From Giardia intestinalis (taxonomy: Eukaryota): DNA of 64,000 bases. The stretch lies in assembly GCA_000002435.2 (NCBI GenBank), contig CM018792.1; one strand, 5' to 3'. A program made the position numbers and the translations under genes. Numbering within the stretch: position 1 is the first letter of the stretch; each line of letters opens with the position of its first letter. Shown piece by piece: positions 38,901 to 47,720 of this stretch. The notes beneath the pieces are model-generated. The model searched no databases and had not been told where the DNA came from. It saw only the letters and a program-made list of their open reading frames with translations.

Positions 38901-41900
38901 GGTGGGATGCAGAAAGCTGTTTTCTTAGACGCAATGACGTTACTATTCCTCTGGATGAATCAAACGTTAATTCAACAAAGCGGTCCAACCGCTTGGCTGA
39001 TAAAAGGGCGAGAGACTCCTGGAACAGACGCGCCTCTCCTGTGGAGGATACTGTTTGCTTTCCTCTCGATGGGGCTCGAGCTCCAGATCCACTGGCAGAC
39101 CGAGACCCCGAAGGCGCTGCAGCACCTACAGGTACCTCTGGGGTGACGGTGGCATCCAGAATACGCTTCCGCAAAGACAGTATCGTAGACATTGCTCGGT
39201 TCAAAGTTCTGTACTCTACCCCAACATACTTGCTGCATCGCGATTCTATCTGTGCGACTTCTGAATGTAAAAGCTTCACAGTGTAGGGTACTAACGACGT
39301 GCGCAAGTCGTCAGAGATGGTGAGTATTCTGCGGATGTTGCCCATACTACGGGAAAGGATACTGGAGTACGTTTCTGCAAGACGAGACATTATAAGTGCA
39401 ATAACGTGAGTTGATATGTTTCCAAGGACAAGCTTTATTGCTAGACTATCAGAAGACGTATAGGAACGGCAGTCCATGATGATATCAGAGGTTGCATTTG
39501 CCATTGCATCTGCTTGCTGACTTTCTAAGCTGTGAGCTGCAGAGGTGGAGCCTAAAATATTGGGAGGACCCACCATTCTTTGTGACTTGGAGCTCCCTGG
39601 AGATATAATGGACCGATATCCAATCGAACATGCCAAGTCATTCTGCGACTCTTCAGCAGAGCTACATGGCCTTGCAAGGGTTAGAAGCTCGTCAATCCTA
39701 TCCTTATTGCGTGCTGCAAGAGAATTTTCTATTATCTGAGAACCCATGTTGGGAGATTGTCGATTGCCCACAGTGTTCTTACTAGAGAGACGCTTCTCAC
39801 TGTTGGCAGAAGCAGTCAGTCTCTTTCCTTGACAGCTCAATGCTACCACGGTCTGCTTCAGCTTTGTGAGAGTATCTCTAGCTCTGTCGTAGACGCAATC
39901 ACTAAACATCAAGTCGTCCACACTGACAGAGTACTTAGGTTGTGAAACTATTTTTTCAAAGTTTAGCAATGTTGGAGATTTAGTAAAGGCTTTCAACAAT
40001 GAAGACTTTGGCGGGGGTTGAGAGACGGCCTTTTTGGCATCTTTTGTGGAGGAAGGAGGTGCGGCTGCTGGGGGAGAAAGAAGTGGATTTGTTGAAACAG
40101 GCATATCTTGGCCAACCGTAAGGGGGACAATTTTTAGGTGCTCGAAGTCTAGGACTGTGTAGACGAGCTTTAGATATACGTCGAGTTCATCAAGGGGGCG
40201 TTCGTCTGGAACCTTGATTCCTGCAATGACCGCTTCTACATAGTCTGGAAGTTGTGTAGCCAACACGGGCTCGACAGGCCTTTCATCTTCATCATTTCCA
40301 TCCGGCCTTGATTCTGGCCTTGATGTACTGGTCTTTGATTTTGGTGCAGCCTTGGCCTTTTTAGCTGTCTCCTTTTCCCATTCTGCCAGTGCAGAAGCAT
40401 ACGCCTCTGTTGCTACAGAGTTGAGCTTCTGGAGGTAGGCGCTTCTGTAAGAAAGAATCGAGTCTTTGAAATCGGAAACGGCCCTATTGTATGCAATTCG
40501 TTCTCCGTCCTTGTAGAGTAGACGAAGAAGGGAGTGGTACAAAATCAATCGGAGGTCGGCAGGTAAGTTTATGAAGACGCACACACACGTCTTATCATAG
40601 GGGACCTCCTTGGAGAAGAGAACCTGCTGATATCTAGGAGCAATAAGACTAAAAATAAGAGGCTTTTGTTCAGGGACTTGTGCGGCTTGCTTCCCTTTAT
40701 CTTTCTCCTTATTGCCAGGCTCTGGTGATAAGAGCTGCGTAAACTCTGCCAGGACTTGAGCTGGGGTAGCTGCATCTTGAAAGTAGCTAAATCCGTATGC
40801 GCTAATATACGCCTTCATATCCACATCTTTATCAAAGTCAGGTGGCTCTAAAAGTAAATGGTGAGCTGAACTAGAATCTGACTCAGCGGCCTGGTCACTT
40901 GACAGTGGGCGGCCCTTAGAGGATGCCCGCTTCTTGTCCTGATTTGGTGTGGATGCTCGATTATTTGCTTTACTATCTGGCCTGACATTGGAAGGTGGAT
41001 GCTGCTCAATTTTGTTGGGAACCGTTTTGGAATCGTCCTGTATGTGCTCGTGATTTTGTAGATCACTAGCTGTTGCCAATCGATTGATAACACCAATGTC
41101 TGCACTGCGTTCGCTGATGAGATCAGTCAGTTCTGTTATTTGATACTCTGCGCAAGACCAGGGCTCGGCCAGGGAGCCCGTTGGAAAGGGAACATCTCGT
41201 AAAACAACTGCAGCGCAATCTACCAAATCATCAACAGTGACATCCTGAACAGGATTCTTCACTAGTGTATCATTGAACAAAGTAACAGCAGACAGTAAGG
41301 TCTCATCCCTGTCCGCTATTGTGCCAAATAAGGTTAGAAATGCAGACTCCTTCAGTTCTAGACTAAATATATCCAGTAGCGTGTGTAAAACTTTATTCCC
41401 AGTAGGCGATTGATTGGTCATGTTAACAACTGCCTCTTCGCGTTGAACGATGGCGTGTTCCAGCGCATCAAGTAGCTTCTTGGAAATTTGCTTGATCTTT
41501 TGGGCTTCGGAGATATCCCACACGTTCTTCACACGCGTGCTGATGTATTCCAAGCATTTGGTGGATCTACTCCAATCACGAGTAAACCGCTCCTCGATAG
41601 CTTTCAGTGCGTCATCACAGAGCCTGCACCAGTTGTCCTCTAACAGAGTTGTGTGTTTGACTGCCGTGTCGGCCGCTGCACAGAGAGATATAATACACGC
41701 GATAAAAAACGAGTTAGCGTGTACTGTTCTAATCAGGGTTTCCTCGATAAGAGATAAGCGAAGGTCCCACCTTTTCTTCCAGTGAGAGAGGGTTTCCGTT
41801 ATGAGAGCCCTAAGGTCATCACTCAGGATATCAAGCTGCTGCAATGATTCGAGTACATCCTTTGTGCTTTCGGCAAGTGACGTATAGACATCGTCGACTG

Positions 41901-43038
41901 TAAGCTTGAGTTCCTCTAGCCGGTACTGCACATCCTGTTTTCGCGGCAAGAAGACTGTCTTGACCAAGCGTACAGCCATATCCCTAGGATGCTCTGTTCT
42001 AATAGATAAGTCAGTAATGAAATTAAAAAGCGTTGATGAAAACTGTTGCAGTGCCGTATTAACGTCTTGGATGGCTGAAACCATCACCGGAGAAAACTCG
42101 TGCTCATGGTGAATGAAGAGTATATACTGTTCCACAAAGTCGTGAACAAGTTCCATTTTCCGTTGATGTATTATTCTACGGCACAATCCTCTACCATCCT
42201 CCATACACAACAGCGCTCTGTTATGACTGGATGTAATGAACATCAGCATTGAAGTACAGATCCGAGTGATTCGTTCCTCAACCTGGTGGACGATATCTCC
42301 AATGTATGCAAGGATTTCTCCCTCTGTGCAGCATGCATTACCAAGGCCCACCGAGAGCGTCTTAACAGCATCTGTAACGACCTCTCGAAGCATAGATGCT
42401 AGGCCATCGAAGCTTGAGCGAAGCTTTGTAAATACCATGATGACCTCGGCCTCTATTGTCTGCAGCGACGAATTCATTGCATAAGGCCGTACTCCTGGCT
42501 CTTTCACAAGTCGCAAAAACCGTGCGTCAACGCCTGACAAGTAATCCTGAAAAGTCATTCGCGCACGATCGAAATCGACATATAGGGACGAGAAGATTTT
42601 GTCAATATACTGAAGAAAGCTGTCAATCAGCGCTCGCCGTCGCTGCTCCAAAGAATCGGTATACCGTTGCATACGTGTGAGCTGCTGGCCTGCACTGTTA
42701 TCGTATTGTTCAGAAGGATTGGCTGGATCCTGAGTAGCTAAAAGCTCAAATTTCAGGAGAGACCTACCGCTTAGGATGGTGGGGGGCTTGCCTGCCATCG
42801 AATACGATAACCGCGGGGGCTCTGGAAGCGAGCTGTTGGGCTTGGACGGGTCAGGTCGGACAATTTTGAGGGTTGTTGATGAGTTGGCCCATTCCTTGAG
42901 AGCTTCGAAGCTCCGGGGAAACTGCTTAATCGCGAACGGTTGGCTCTGGGTGCGCACTCCATCCTTTCTGGGTTTGGAGAAGACCTTTTCACAGTGGAAG
43001 CTCCTGTGCAGGTTTGCCCCATCTGCAAAAAGATCCAT
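35947..43038 (-). CDS. Very large hypothetical protein (2363 aa).
   Basis: 7.1-kb uninterrupted ORF. I recognise no catalytic motifs. Confidence 0.65.
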   Translation of the reverse strand: MDLFADGANLHRSFHCEKVFSKPRKDGVRTQSQPFAIKQFPRSFEALKEWANSSTTLKIVRPDPSKPNSSLPEPPRLSYSMAGKPPTILSGRSLLKFELLATQDPANPSEQYDNSAGQQLTRMQRYTDSLEQRRRALIDSFLQYIDKIFSSLYVDFDRARMTFQDYLSGVDARFLRLVKEPGVRPYAMNSSLQTIEAEVIMVFTKLRSSFDGLASMLREVVTDAVKTLSVGLGNACCTEGEILAYIGDIVHQVEERITRICTSMLMFITSSHNRALLCMEDGRGLCRRIIHQRKMELVHDFVEQYILFIHHEHEFSPVMVSAIQDVNTALQQFSSTLFNFITDLSIRTEHPRDMAVRLVKTVFLPRKQDVQYRLEELKLTVDDVYTSLAESTKDVLESLQQLDILSDDLRALITETLSHWKKRWDLRLSLIEETLIRTVHANSFFIACIISLCAAADTAVKHTTLLEDNWCRLCDDALKAIEERFTRDWSRSTKCLEYISTRVKNVWDISEAQKIKQISKKLLDALEHAIVQREEAVVNMTNQSPTGNKVLHTLLDIFSLELKESAFLTLFGTIADRDETLLSAVTLFNDTLVKNPVQDVTVDDLVDCAAVVLRDVPFPTGSLAEPWSCAEYQITELTDLISERSADIGVINRLATASDLQNHEHIQDDSKTVPNKIEQHPPSNVRPDSKANNRASTPNQDKKRASSKGRPLSSDQAAESDSSSAHHLLLEPPDFDKDVDMKAYISAYGFSYFQDAATPAQVLAEFTQLLSPEPGNKEKDKGKQAAQVPEQKPLIFSLIAPRYQQVLFSKEVPYDKTCVCVFINLPADLRLILYHSLLRLLYKDGERIAYNRAVSDFKDSILSYRSAYLQKLNSVATEAYASALAEWEKETAKKAKAAPKSKTSTSRPESRPDGNDEDERPVEPVLATQLPDYVEAVIAGIKVPDERPLDELDVYLKLVYTVLDFEHLKIVPLTVGQDMPVSTNPLLSPPAAAPPSSTKDAKKAVSQPPPKSSLLKAFTKSPTLLNFEKIVSQPKYSVSVDDLMFSDCVYDRARDTLTKLKQTVVALSCQGKRLTASANSEKRLSSKNTVGNRQSPNMGSQIIENSLAARNKDRIDELLTLARPCSSAEESQNDLACSIGYRSIISPGSSKSQRMVGPPNILGSTSAAHSLESQQADAMANATSDIIMDCRSYTSSDSLAIKLVLGNISTHVIALIMSRLAETYSSILSRSMGNIRRILTISDDLRTSLVPYTVKLLHSEVAQIESRCSKYVGVEYRTLNRAMSTILSLRKRILDATVTPEVPVGAAAPSGSRSASGSGARAPSRGKQTVSSTGEARLFQESLALLSAKRLDRFVELTFDSSRGIVTSLRLRKQLSASHPLFKHTESAYKTKFDAVVNENILLFPEQADRTIIYACDAFIAECKVLLKKNFSTLIHNDINSAERITQSFTKQAIGWSGLDSAGPFDFAVADLAVSLLRNNYGEVQPLVDTAASTVKIHPAIAASQSLLATIGMLREEAYSRLHTDLLFFKYLMQNVSQAVKLANSEYSAKVSTVEAMKKKCISIKTMALNRLFLFKERMSAIREIFMQTAKCPNKTSLNSVFSNTLSAIEASFELEQIAYYLSYTVVLQFVFYPFELSLINRHHTFLTSYDLFKQRSKAFNSFAGALIGAIVAVLNILCSATVLQTPFTYQEEVRERFCSPPGYRISPTRGSSPKRLVTQQPNLVSRTIDLHAADISELPSTIFSKVQQFFSRATNYKPGMKAFYNTSIECDICTQLQAELEQMFSTYTLFQPIYVPRDDELATVQLPVIEPRELDGMEIVSTAESSKKDLRPATPVEECVASPTQQMVLPAMKIKRLKDSSFQDELSLLQHYYREAYDSINQLVTEARTQLHDLMVQRDKLFDTLIKQFSACSFEITYRSIERAWKVYKEGYKNNCDAFSQRFAKIYDSFRPALIKFPEKALGMQQEIKTSLSEYTSTSQGLLNSLNKDLLTLLSISNCLLVTVPATLLSLYPSWAGDNRVSYCASLQISELLSFLSPVGSTIDGSARAQAAGKKRPTSGASSAASVANTTVPSSSMAVKLLGDEQSTKILIDSCVSSESEIKSCSATFVQVMQHIEASINSGKAVFETEPTAAFSTAHQNQPPSGKVKEAAQTGCLQSAILPSSGLDFITAEATQLEIFFNTFSGKSILLEEPQILSTLTCRNLDDVLQHLLKYKAGLSGDQTQQASPLRDKDKKKQPADPKKPSGATTEVDGAVSPPVIYYKLGHVTLPLIDSMGNGVKDGVLTHLPEQVQLLIGCSYDAVKMLLKSLKNSRRLNSLASGYLAESAKMEQEANEDIEHMKAEFTQAFNLLNNPKLANFAI

Positions 43039-43058
43039 TCTTATTTTTAAAATACTTA

Positions 43059-44219
43059 ATGAGCCTTACCACGGGGACAGAGTTAGACAGGGACTATAGG
43101 ATCCTTCAGATGGCCGGACAAGGCGCCTTCGGGACAGTTTACAAAGCAGAGGCCGTGACCACGAGGGAGCTGGTGGCCATCAAGCAGTTAGATTACTCTG
43201 ACTTCAGTGACTCCGAACGCGACGCCATGCGCCAAGAACTTGATGTAATGCCTCTTCTGTCCCATCCACACATCGTCAACTACAAGGCCGTAGTCATGGA
43301 CACCAGAAACCAAAGAGCATATATCGTTATGGAGTTCTGCGAGGGCGGTGAGCTCTCCGAGTTTATTAGAATGCACAAGAACAAGAGGACGAAAATCCAT
43401 GAAGAGATCATTTGGAAATTCATTGCTCAATTGGCGTCTGCTCTCAACTACATGCACAGTCCCTTCAAAAAGAACTCCACGGTCTCGGGGAAGATCATGC
43501 ATAGAGACCTGAAACCGCAGAACATAATGCTGACGAAGACAGGGGACTGCAAGATCTGCGACTTTAATATGTGCCGCTCTGTGCAAACAGCCCGCGCCAA
43601 GACTCTGGCCGGGACTTTAGCGTACCTTGCCCCCGATGTCTGCTCGAATGTCGGCTATACCGAGAAAGCTGACATGTGGTCTCTCGGATGTATCATTTAT
43701 CAGATGTGCGAGTACTCTCTTCCCTTTTATTGGAACGGCATTGAAGATATCCATAAAGATCTGAAGGACATACAGTATAAACCCATAAGCTCAGACTATA
43801 GCAATGACATGAAGGGGGTTGTTAGCTCTCTTCTGGTCCTGGATCCTGCTCTTAGATACTCTGCCAGCGACCTTTTGAGCCATCCCCGAGTCTCCAGGTA
43901 CTTACCTGATCAGACAGCCCCCAGTCAGCAGCATGCACACCGCTCCCCACCTATTATCGCTGCACCACCGCCAATCTCGGATATAATGGCTCCGTGCCCA
44001 ATTTATGAATCTGATAGCCCTGCTCCTGCGCCGGTGCTTAACATACACCCCCCACCGCCCAATCCCAGTGCCTTCTGTGGTCCCGGAAGCGTGGGACACC
44101 AGCATCCCAGCTACAAGCCGCCCACCAAGCAGCAAGCTCCTGTTGTCACGGGGCCCAGAAGCCTACAGAATGCAGGGGTGATCAAAACTCCTGCATATAA
44201 ACCACCGAAACGCCTCTAA
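43059..44219 (+). CDS. Ser/Thr protein kinase, possibly NEK family.
   Basis: GQGAFGTVYKA, VAIK, HRDLKPQNIML, DFN/DFG-like and GTLAYLAPD kinase subdomains. The track ORF starts at 43014 and would overlap the divergent 2363-aa gene; the internal ATG at 43059 (MSLTTG) is more likely. Confidence 0.75.
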   Translation: MSLTTGTELDRDYRILQMAGQGAFGTVYKAEAVTTRELVAIKQLDYSDFSDSERDAMRQELDVMPLLSHPHIVNYKAVVMDTRNQRAYIVMEFCEGGELSEFIRMHKNKRTKIHEEIIWKFIAQLASALNYMHSPFKKNSTVSGKIMHRDLKPQNIMLTKTGDCKICDFNMCRSVQTARAKTLAGTLAYLAPDVCSNVGYTEKADMWSLGCIIYQMCEYSLPFYWNGIEDIHKDLKDIQYKPISSDYSNDMKGVVSSLLVLDPALRYSASDLLSHPRVSRYLPDQTAPSQQHAHRSPPIIAAPPPISDIMAPCPIYESDSPAPAPVLNIHPPPPNPSAFCGPGSVGHQHPSYKPPTKQQAPVVTGPRSLQNAGVIKTPAYKPPKRL

Positions 44220-44317
44220 GCCCCTTAACTCAATGCTGTTACCTAATAAACAATGCATTTACCTTGGCAACAAATATTTGGAGGCGCGGTGGTCATAGAG
44301 GAGTGCGTAGATATGCA

Positions 44318-47300
44318 TTACGCTGCCATGAGAGATATGTTGTCAGCAGACGCGTTACCAAAGTGTGAGGTGGATCTGGAAAGGGACATGTTGCTTGTAG
44401 ACTTGCCGAGTGAGGACGATTTCATGCGTCCCGTGCCAGACTTACAGACGTAGATACGAAGAAGGAAGAAGATCAGTGCTGCAACTGCACCGACTAGAAG
44501 AATAGCAAAAATAGAGGTGAATGCAATGTTGACTGGTGCTGCGCGACGAGATTCGATTCTATTAACAACAAGAACACCATCCTTCGGCTCCGCGGACAGG
44601 GCTGCGGGGGAACGAATACAAATGCCGTCAAACTTTGTAAATCCGTTGTTACACATGCAGGTGTACTGGTCACCAGAGATACTGAGACACGTGTTAAGGG
44701 GCCCGCCACACATGCCCGCATCGTTCATCCTGCAATACTGGACGCTGCAGTCGGATCCTCCGAGCCCATTTTGGCAGGAGCACAACCCTCTCTTGCACTG
44801 TCCGCCATGTTTGCAGAACGAATCTTTAGTGCAGACGTTGCAAAATTGGCCTGTCGCATTGTCCTTACAGGAGAATGAATCCGGTGTGCTTTTTCGACTG
44901 GAGCACAGCGACCAAGAAGTGCAGGCCTCCATTAATATGTCGAAGACCGGCCGGTTGCGGAATGCAGAGTCAACCTTCCAGGTGCCCTTGACAACGCTGG
45001 CTGCGTCGCTGCTCCAACAGAACTCCAGGTTGCAGTCGTTGAAGAGCTGGATTGACACGTCTGCACCCTGGACATTACTGAGCCTGGCAGCACGGTAAGG
45101 CATCGGCGAAAGGAACGGGAGCCTTCCCTCGTCCATATACCAGTTGCTGCTGGGAGAGAACTTGAAGTATCCACTAGACCCTAGAGACTCCTGTCCATAT
45201 GTGTCCACTTTGCATAATTCAGACAGTGTGAAGTTCTGCACAATGCCTTGAGCCGCAAAAGCTTTATCAAAGACATTACTAAGAGAAGGATCAGCGAGGG
45301 ACATGACACCTGCAAAATCGGTAGCATAGAGGCAGCCTGTGCACGGCGTAGGCCTGGTCTTGCTAGTACTGAGGCCCCCGTACCAAGTGATTGTAGATCC
45401 AGACTTAGCAGTGCCACTGAAGGATAGAGTAGCCATAGAGTGCTTGGCAATGCTTGAGCTCTGGGCCCCAACAAACAGACCGACACCACACGTGGCATCT
45501 GAACTTGCCAGCGTTCCCTCAGCATAGCTATAGCGAATATCCATTAAGTTTGATATCCTTCCTGCATATCCTCCAACATTACAGGATTCTTCTGCTAAAC
45601 ATGTGACACCGTCCTGACACTTAACGTGTATATTCGCATACGACCAGGTCTTATCGCTATCGAAGGTGCCCACGCCTACTGTTGTAAAGCCAATGAATCC
45701 GCCAACGTTGTATGACCCTAGATTCCGAGAGACAGAAATCTTATTTGCAATCGAATAAGAAAGGTAGTGGCGTGACGTGTTTGAAAACCCGGTAAACCCG
45801 CCAATAGATGCATATCTACAATTGGTAATAGTTGCTCCAATGCTACTTGTGTCAGAATATGTATGGCGAACGGTGGAAAACTTGGTGTATCCAGATCCGC
45901 CGCCGATGTAAACATCGCCAACCTTATCGCTACTGCCTTCAACGGCTTTGCTGTAGACGATGTTTTCTCCTACCGCAAAGACAGTTCCCAAACGAGAGTT
46001 GATACTTATGCCTTGTATGCCACCGATGCCCGCCGTTATTCCGTGAGTCTTCACAGCGATCGTCTTATATGTGACGTAAGTGTTACGCATGCTTACATAA
46101 ACCAGGGACCCCGCAACGCCCCCAACAGCCACCACGTGCTCCAGCTCGGTATTCAGGGCTTTATCAGACATTACGTCGACGTTGTTTAACACAGCGCAGC
46201 AGTCGTGTATCTCACCACCCATCTCGTTAACAGTATTTGAAACTGTTCTATGCGCGCCGACAATGCCGCCAACCTTTGCCGAGTTCTTGGTATAGACCTT
46301 AAGAGTATGGATTCGTACGTACGAGTTGCCTATAGACACGAAGCTATCGGATCCTCCACGCATCGCATCTCCAACAAGGCCACCAAGATGGATCTCAGTT
46401 GTATCCGATGTATCTGCAATGGCTATTGTGTCGAGGTACACACGGCCCCCGATAATCCGCCCAGCCGAGAGGGTCCCCACAAGTCCTCCCGCAGCAACGT
46501 GGCCTTTTCCGACCACCGTAGGAGACGCATAGGAAACACAGTCGTTGATGGTCATCCTGTTCACGATGCCGGCGACGCCTCCCGTGTGACAAGCGGAGGT
46601 GGCGTCAGACGAACAATATACCACTGAAGACGATGACAATGAGCGCAGCCTGACGCTCTCAGTGGGAGTGTTGTCATGATTGACAATCCCTCCAACTACG
46701 CCTCCAACGTAGCACTTGGAAGTCTCAGTAGCCGAGCAAGAGACATTCGAGGTTGTGCTGTCTATGTGCTGGATCGCCTGACAAAGACCCACAGCACCTC
46801 CCACAAAAGCACTTCCGCTGATTACTTTGCCCTTAACTAGTGCTGCGGAGGCCACAGAATACCGGAAAACCGCATTCTGGTAGACAACACCAACAAGCCC
46901 ACCCACAGTCAAGTTAGTGACTGCCTGAGTGACCGTGGCGTCGACTATGCTCTGGCTACCAACGGCCAAGTCAGTGAAAGTGCACCCTCCTTGGACTCTC
47001 CCAATCGTTCCACCAACAGCAAAGTACTTCACAAAGATCGTGGTTGTCGTCAAGTTGACGTTGCTATAGAGGCCCGCACCAGCAACAGTATTGCACTTGT
47101 AGTCACCTACAGCACCCCCAATAAACAACCTCGCGTCTTTGTTGTTCCCCAATGAGGTTACGCTGAAGCTCCCCTCGACCCTAACAAGGTAGAAAACAGT
47201 GTCAATAACGCTACCTGCCACAATTCCGGCTCCCGTATCACTCTTTCCGCTAGGGTTAGCCATGGTTATACTTGCGTTGGCGACAAAAGTCACATCATAA

Positions 47301-47581
47301 ATTTGGGCCATATTCAGTTGAGCAAAAAAGCCAACGTTGCCCGTCAGCTCTGCGCTGTCAAACGTGATATTGCGGATGCTTTTTCCCTGACCGTCAAGAA
47401 CGCCTGTGAAGGAGCTCACCGGGGTCCAGGGCTGCGTGAGGACTATGTCATTTTTTAGACGGTAAAACCCGTTGAGATTCGTAGACATGGTACGCAGGTC
47501 CTCCTCTGTCATGACATCGACCACCTCCACCTCTACGGCACAGAGCATGAAAGCCAGAAGCCAGCAGAGGAGAAGTAACAT
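44318..47581 (-). CDS. Large type-I surface protein (1087 aa): a signal peptide, then many GG(L/V)VG-type (GLUG-like) repeats, C-terminal EGF-like Cys modules, a TM helix and a cytoplasmic tail.
   Basis: MLLLLCWLLAFMLCAVE leader. Repeated HxGGVAGIVN / GGLVGxxxxG units. CxCxxGfxGxxC EGF-like motifs. TM segment IAFTSIFAILLVGAVAALIFFLL. Confidence 0.6.
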   Translation of the reverse strand: MLLLLCWLLAFMLCAVEVEVVDVMTEEDLRTMSTNLNGFYRLKNDIVLTQPWTPVSSFTGVLDGQGKSIRNITFDSAELTGNVGFFAQLNMAQIYDVTFVANASITMANPSGKSDTGAGIVAGSVIDTVFYLVRVEGSFSVTSLGNNKDARLFIGGAVGDYKCNTVAGAGLYSNVNLTTTTIFVKYFAVGGTIGRVQGGCTFTDLAVGSQSIVDATVTQAVTNLTVGGLVGVVYQNAVFRYSVASAALVKGKVISGSAFVGGAVGLCQAIQHIDSTTSNVSCSATETSKCYVGGVVGGIVNHDNTPTESVRLRSLSSSSVVYCSSDATSACHTGGVAGIVNRMTINDCVSYASPTVVGKGHVAAGGLVGTLSAGRIIGGRVYLDTIAIADTSDTTEIHLGGLVGDAMRGGSDSFVSIGNSYVRIHTLKVYTKNSAKVGGIVGAHRTVSNTVNEMGGEIHDCCAVLNNVDVMSDKALNTELEHVVAVGGVAGSLVYVSMRNTYVTYKTIAVKTHGITAGIGGIQGISINSRLGTVFAVGENIVYSKAVEGSSDKVGDVYIGGGSGYTKFSTVRHTYSDTSSIGATITNCRYASIGGFTGFSNTSRHYLSYSIANKISVSRNLGSYNVGGFIGFTTVGVGTFDSDKTWSYANIHVKCQDGVTCLAEESCNVGGYAGRISNLMDIRYSYAEGTLASSDATCGVGLFVGAQSSSIAKHSMATLSFSGTAKSGSTITWYGGLSTSKTRPTPCTGCLYATDFAGVMSLADPSLSNVFDKAFAAQGIVQNFTLSELCKVDTYGQESLGSSGYFKFSPSSNWYMDEGRLPFLSPMPYRAARLSNVQGADVSIQLFNDCNLEFCWSSDAASVVKGTWKVDSAFRNRPVFDILMEACTSWSLCSSRKSTPDSFSCKDNATGQFCNVCTKDSFCKHGGQCKRGLCSCQNGLGGSDCSVQYCRMNDAGMCGGPLNTCLSISGDQYTCMCNNGFTKFDGICIRSPAALSAEPKDGVLVVNRIESRRAAPVNIAFTSIFAILLVGAVAALIFFLLRIYVCKSGTGRMKSSSLGKSTSNMSLSRSTSHFGNASADNISLMAA

Positions 47582-47720
47582 TTTTTACTCTCGAATTAAA
47601 TGAAGTTGAAAAATGTACACCGAAAATGTGTAAACTTATTAATATAATATTGCGCGTTTGATGCCTGTATGGCCCTGTGCCTTTTCTGGCGCTGCCTGTT
47701 GTCAAAATGGCATAGGGTTG

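Noticed and set aside
36554-39286. Several 60-214-aa plus-strand ORFs inside the 2363-aa gene.
   Set aside because: They are antisense to a 7-kb uninterrupted ORF. They are spurious.
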